Part shown: one piece after another, positions 58,784 to 64,000 of the stretch
How positions within the stretch are numbered: position 1 is the first letter of the stretch
Layout of the letters: each line of letters begins with the position of its first letter
Assembly: GCA_023205875.1 (NCBI GenBank)
Contig: CP060772.1
Span: forward strand, 62,001-126,000
Source: Chloropicon primus
Lineage: Eukaryota
Length of the DNA stretch: 64,000 nt
Reading direction: 5' to 3'
Position numbers and translations under genes: made by a program
Notes under the pieces: generated by a model
Seen by the model: only the letters and a program-made list of their open reading frames with translations
What the model was told of the DNA's origin: nothing
Databases searched by the model: none

Positions 58784-61156
58784 TCACAACCTCAAGCGGT
58801 ACCTGACGACCCTTCCCCTCTCCGGCGACCTCGCCGTGCCCGTCTCCCCGACGTAAACGTCGAGGGCGTGGTCGAAGAAGTTGTACGACACGGCAAAGTC
58901 GTGGGGGTACAAGCTGTTGACGAGCTCCACGACGGTTGCGTCCATCTTGGCACCATCCCCCTCCTCGTACTCGGGCTCTATCCTCACGAGGTACGTCTTC
59001 CTCTCCGCCTTGACGGCGTCCCTCTTCCAGCACAGGGCGTAGATGCCGCCGTACTCGTCCCTCGTGACGGAGTACACCTTGCCGACGCCGGACAAGTCCA
59101 GCGGGTTCCTCCTCGGTGCCCCACTTGTGGCGTCCACGAAGTGAATCAAGGCGTTCTCCCTGTCGGCCACGACCAGCACATCCGCGCAGTCGTCGAGAAC
59201 GATCGAGTGGGGCACCTGGGCCACCTCGCCGCCGTAAGTCAGGTTGAACTCCGCGAGGTAACGCCCGGTCCGATCGTAACGCACCACCCGGGAATTGCAG
59301 TACCCATCGGTGACGAAGAAGTCTCCAGAGTTCGAGACGACGACCTCGGTGGGCCTGCAAAGGTACTCCGGATCAAAGCCGTTCGCCGCCCCCTGCCTCA
59401 CGCCCTCCACGCCAACAGTCAGCAAAACGTTTCTCCCCGAGGGATCGAGCTTGTAAGCGAGCTGCGTGTCCACATCCGTGAGCCACAAGTTCGTGTCCCT
59501 GTCGACCGTGAGGCCGTGGGGGAGCTTCATGCCGAGGTCTTTGCCGAAAGACTCGACCTTTCGCTTCTCCTTGACGTCCCACAACTGAAAGATGTCCCTG
59601 CCGATGGGATTGGCGTGGTCCCCGACCTCCATCATCCGCAACGCGCGGTGGAAGACCAGCATGTGGTTCGGGTTCCCCCCGAACCCCAAGTGAACCCCAC
59701 CCACTTGACCGAGATCCTCGTCGAAGAAGACCGCCTGCGGTCTCGCCGTGCCTTTGCTGCTGTAGAACTTTCTCAGGAAGTTCAAAGGATTGAACCTGCT
59801 CCTCCCTGATCCACCCCCACCCTTCTCGCCCGCCATCTCACTGGGCACCTCGACCTTGTGCGTGATGCCTCCCATCTTGTAAGCGCTGCGGATTTCGTCG
59901 ACCGGGCTCGTCGCCACGATGAAGCTGCCGTCGTCGAGCCCCCCGACGAAGGTGCGCTCGCTAGGCTGGTTCGATGCAAACATGAGGTACATGTTGCACA
60001 TCTCTTGCCCGTGGTCCGCCCCGACGACAACTTCGTGGTCGCTCGCCGTCGTGTCGTACGTGCATGTCACCTCCCAGTCCTTCCCGGTGTGCAGCCTGAG
60101 AACGCCGCCATCGCCGTGATCGTCATCGTTCGCACCCTTGACCTTGTTGAAGAAGTGCGGGAGCTGCGGGTTCCCACTTAGGAGCGTGACCATCTTGCCC
60201 CCCTCCTCTGCGATGGCGAGGGAGACGTTCCGACCAAAGGCATGCGCGTGGACACGGTAAGCGTAAAGATCGAGGAAGCCGCTTCCGGGGACACAGGTCT
60301 TGACCTTCACATCAATCTTCCGCCGTCTTGGAGCAAGCATGAAGTTTGCGTTAAGGAAGATGTTCGTCGAGAGCACCCTTTCGGGCATCATCGGGTCGAG
60401 GTTGATCTGGATGCCCCCTGCATCCTTCCTCGCTTCCTCCGCTTCCGTCGGCGCCCGAAGGAAGTGGTTCTGCAACACAAGGTAAGGCGCATCAACCCCC
60501 CTGCGGGATCCAATCACAAAACCTTGGCGAGGAAAGTCGGAATCAAACTCCTCCGCTCCATTGGCCCACGCTACAAGCAACGCCATCATCATCGAGCCGC
60601 CCATGCGGTGTCAGCGAGCGTAACTCCCCATCGTCCACGAATACTTATTCCTTCACTTACCGTAAAGCAATCGTGATTTCAAGTTCTGTGATGTCCCAGG
60701 GCACGTTCCTTCCTCGTTATGCTTGCATGGCCAAGCCACAATCGTGTTCCCTTCCCTTGTGGTGACCTTCACCCCATGCTCTGGCACAGGCCTCTCGCTG
60801 CAGGTGTGGATGAACATGTGATGAACCAGACTGGCGTTGGCCAACGGAACGAATGACTTGATGCTTTGCTGCAATCCCCTCACAGGCAGAGCTGTGCACC
60901 AGTAATCATCATCCCTCCTGATTACCGTCGATGGTATCGTCAGCACCATGTCCTCCTCCCTTCCCATCACAAAGGACGAGAAGCTCTCCTTCATGGTGGC
61001 CAAGGCATCGTTCTCATACGTCGTGTTCACCGAGTACACGAACAAGAACACCAAAGGAAGCAAGAAACATGAAAATTTAAGCAAACTCAACTTCCCTTTA
61101 CCCTTGGACCGCCCCACTCCCTTGGGATGGTTCACCACCTTGCCCTTCAACATCAT
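58784..61156 (-). CDS. PAM: Bifunctional peptidylglycine alpha-amidating monooxygenase (PHM+PAL), 2 exons
   Basis: PHM motifs VHHM, LQNH, RVHAH and EMCNMY; PAL motifs PHGLTVD, DGYCNSR, VPHSI, ADRENA and PHDF. Intron 60660-60571 restores 'LLYAWA'. Confidence 0.9.
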
Positions 61157-61791
61157 TCCTCTCTGTGTCTCAGGATCAAAAGTCCTCCCTGTCTCTGTCT
61201 CTGTCTCTGCAGAGCGCAGAGGTGGTCAACCAAGGTATCAATCGAAAGATCTTGAAATGAAGTATGAGCCTGTCCCTCTCTCTTCCTCACACTCCCTAGC
61301 TCTCGCCGTCCGCCTCTCTCTCTCTCTGTCTCTTGCTCTTGAAGCACAGGCACCGCCTCTTGTGTTGGGAAGAGTTACAGGAAGGAGAAGGAGCAAAGCC
61401 ATGGGGAGAGGTGACAGTGCTAGAGTCTTGTGGCTTGTGCTCTAACACACCATCCATTGCCCAAGATGCATTGCCTTTGGCTCCCGTCCCATCGTCCACT
61501 CTGCTTCACTCGTTGGAGTGGAGACGAATGAATGACAGCCTAGCTCTCCTTATCCAGCCAGTTGGAGGCCAAGAGAGAGAGAGAGAGAGAGAGAGGCGGA
61601 GAGGGAGGGAGAAGCAGAGGGCATTGAATTGGACATTGCCACACCTATTCACATTCTCTGGTTGTCCAACAACATTTTTGTTTTGTCTTCCTCCTTGTTG
61701 CTCCACAAGGTTTCCTGAGGTCCTCCTCTGAGGTCCTCCTCTGAGGTCCTCCTCTGAGGTTGTTGTGCAACTCAACTTGGTGAAGGGGAAG

Positions 61792-63322
61792 ATGGCAAAG
61801 CAGAGGAGATCACATGGATGTCTCCTAATGGCGGCGGTGGTGGTCTTTGCCACGTCTCAGGGCTCTGTGATGGCGAGGTCACCACCCAAAGACATCATCT
61901 TGAGCCAACACTTACAGGATTCTTTGCTCAGCAGACTGGCAGGTATGGAAAGGATCGAGTACGACTTCCCAAAGAAGGAACACATCGGACTCACAGGAAG
62001 CTTGGAAAGATTCAGTGGATCAACGTCAAAAGTCTTGAGCGATGGTGAAGCCGAGGAGGTCCCCTTCACTGGAAAGTATCCAGTCATCTTCATTCCCGGG
62101 TTGATGGGAAGCCAGCTGGAAGTGACGCTCAAGGACAGGCAGGATCCACCCAACTGGCTTTGCAGGAGAACGAATGAGAAGTGGGAGAGAATTTGGATAA
62201 TTGACGATGTGCACTTGCTTCCGGAGCTCGTGGACTGCTGGCTCCAGACGATTAATGTGCGTTGGAACGCAACTTCGGGCAAGCTTGAGCCTTGGAGCGA
62301 GGGGATCGAGAGCAGGTACAAGCCAGGGTTCGATGGAGCGATGAACCTGGGGCCGAATACGGAGGTCCTATCGCCCATTGCCCAATGGATGAGTGAAGAA
62401 TTCGGTTACAAGGTAGGCGTGGACCTCGTGGCCCAGCCTTACGATTGGAGGGCAGGGCCTGAGACTTGGATGAAGGCTGGAGGAGTTTTCGATGAGATGA
62501 AGGCTTTGATCGAGAAGACGGTGGACTCGAGGCCAGGCAAAGAACCAATCGTCGCTTGGAGCATTTCCATGGGAGGTCCATTCTTCTCCCTGTTCCTTAA
62601 CAAGCACGTGAGCGAGGAGTGGAAGGCGAGGTACATCCACACCTTCTTCAGCGTGTCCGGAGTGATGTCAGGCTCAGTGATCGCCCCTTTCGTTTCGTTT
62701 TCTGGAACCAAGTTCGGCGGCGGCATCCCGTCGTTCCTCAAGTCGGCTCTGGATCAATTGGCCACAGAGCTCTCGAGCATTGCTTGGATTTATCCTCACG
62801 ACGATGCTTTTGGGGACAAGCCGATCATCCAAACCACGGAAAGGAACTTCACCTCGGCCGAATTAGGGGAGGCTCTCCTCAAAGTCAACAACAAGCAGCA
62901 AGCCACCCTGCTGAAGAAGAACTTGCACCTGTACGGCCTCCAAGGCCTCGTGCCAAACGTTACCACTTACTGCATGTCTGGCTATGGCGTCCCCACCTTT
63001 GGCGCTCTCGACTACGGTGAAAAGCTTGAGTATGGGAAGATTCCGAAGACAATCATGACGGACGGGGACAACTGTGTTCCTGTCGAGTCACTCAGAGTCT
63101 GCGACGATTTTGGTCTCCATCAGGAGCAACCCGTCTTCCCTTACCACATCTACAATCAAACCCACGGCGGTCTGGCAGGCGACACGGTAAGTCCGTCCAT
63201 CCAATGTCATGTGCCACGAAGAATCGGTTTGCTGACCCCCACTCCCCTCTCTCTCTGTCTCTCTTCTCCTCCTGCAGCAAACGATGACGCTCTTCGCGCA
63301 GGTCTTCACAGGCATCCTGTAG
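61792..63322 (+). CDS. LCAT/PLA2G15-like acyltransferase/phospholipase
   Basis: Signal peptide, 'PVIFIPGLMGSQLE', 'QPYDWR', 'SMGG', 'DGDNCVP' and 'THGGL'. Terminal intron 63187-63277. Confidence 0.88.
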
Positions 63323-63723
63323 AAAGGCATCTGCCACTCCTTTGTGAATTAACATACAATCATGAAGCCCTATCCTTGCATAGGAAGCCTTGCCCGTGTA
63401 TCTTGTAATCCTACAAACGCTTACTTTCATCGTGCTTATTTTCACCGATGACTTGTGCTTCTCACCGCCATCCTCTTCCCCTCCTCATCACCCCATCAAC
63501 AAGCGTGAGAACTCTTTTGGAAAGAGGAAGAGACCATGATCACGCAAGAAGAGACCATAGGCACCACCTGCCCATCTTCTCCAACCATTCCCTTCCCTCA
63601 TTAGCATGCGCATGAGCTCCCTCCTACCTCTTTCCCTTTAACTTCTCTCCCCCTCTGCCTGTTGGATCCAACAAACTCAAACTTTGGTGCCAGGTGGAGG
63701 CCAAGGTGGTGGCCTTGGTGGCC

Positions 63724-63995
63724 ATGGGCGACGATATACAACTCCAAGCGGCGATCTATGCTAGCCTGAGGTCTCAAGGTGGCAGCAGTGGCACATCAAG
63801 CGGCGGTGGTCGAAGTCTAAGCAGTTATGGAAGCTCCAGTCACAGTCACTTGAGGTCAGGAGTGAGGCACGCCTCTGGACCTACCTGGTCAGCAAACTTT
63901 AGGAGCGCTAGTGGTCACGCACAGAACAAAGCCAAGGCAAAGACACGTTCCAGTGCATTGAAGAAGGAGGGAATCCTTCCAGCGAGGAAGGCGAG
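63724..63995 (+). CDS. First exon of a UIM-motif protein (truncated by window)
   Basis: 'DDIQLQAAIYASL' is UIM-like. A GTGAG donor lies at the window end. Confidence 0.5.
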
Positions 63996-64000
63996 GTGAG

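Noticed and set aside
60571..60660. Apparent split/frameshift of PAM into two ORFs
   Set aside because: A normal GTAAG...GCTGAC...TAG intron restores the frame.

Overview
Compact, GC-rich, intron-poor eukaryotic nuclear DNA. It is most consistent with a picoplanktonic green alga (Chloropicon-like); this is inferred from gene density, short GT-AG introns, plastid-type genes and the 'RSQDPPCxWD' ankyrin type. About 30 protein-coding genes are recognisable, including EAF1-like, TBC RabGAP, Era, PIH1, cytochrome c, bZIP, POT transporter, PP2C, SpoU, DDX3, REXO, TFIIH p44, UBE2J1, mitochondrial carrier, DONSON, RavA, SMYD, ABCG, TPR-metallophosphoesterase, TOP2, bifunctional PAM and LCAT. The standout is a hidden tRNA-Trp(CCA) gene at 5034-5198 with two introns. 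One is a canonical 16-nt 37/38 tRNA intron. The other is a 77-nt D-loop intron with complete spliceosomal signals (GTAAGT...GCTAAT...TAG), making it a candidate spliceosomal intron in a tRNA. The tRNA 5' flank plus its first 7 nt is duplicated 3.1 kb downstream, bracketing an AP2 gene and gene fragments. Two dispersed, orientation-biased promoter motifs, CGATCG-dense promoters and 50/160/170-bp tandem repeats are also visible. All calls were made by eye, with no database searches.
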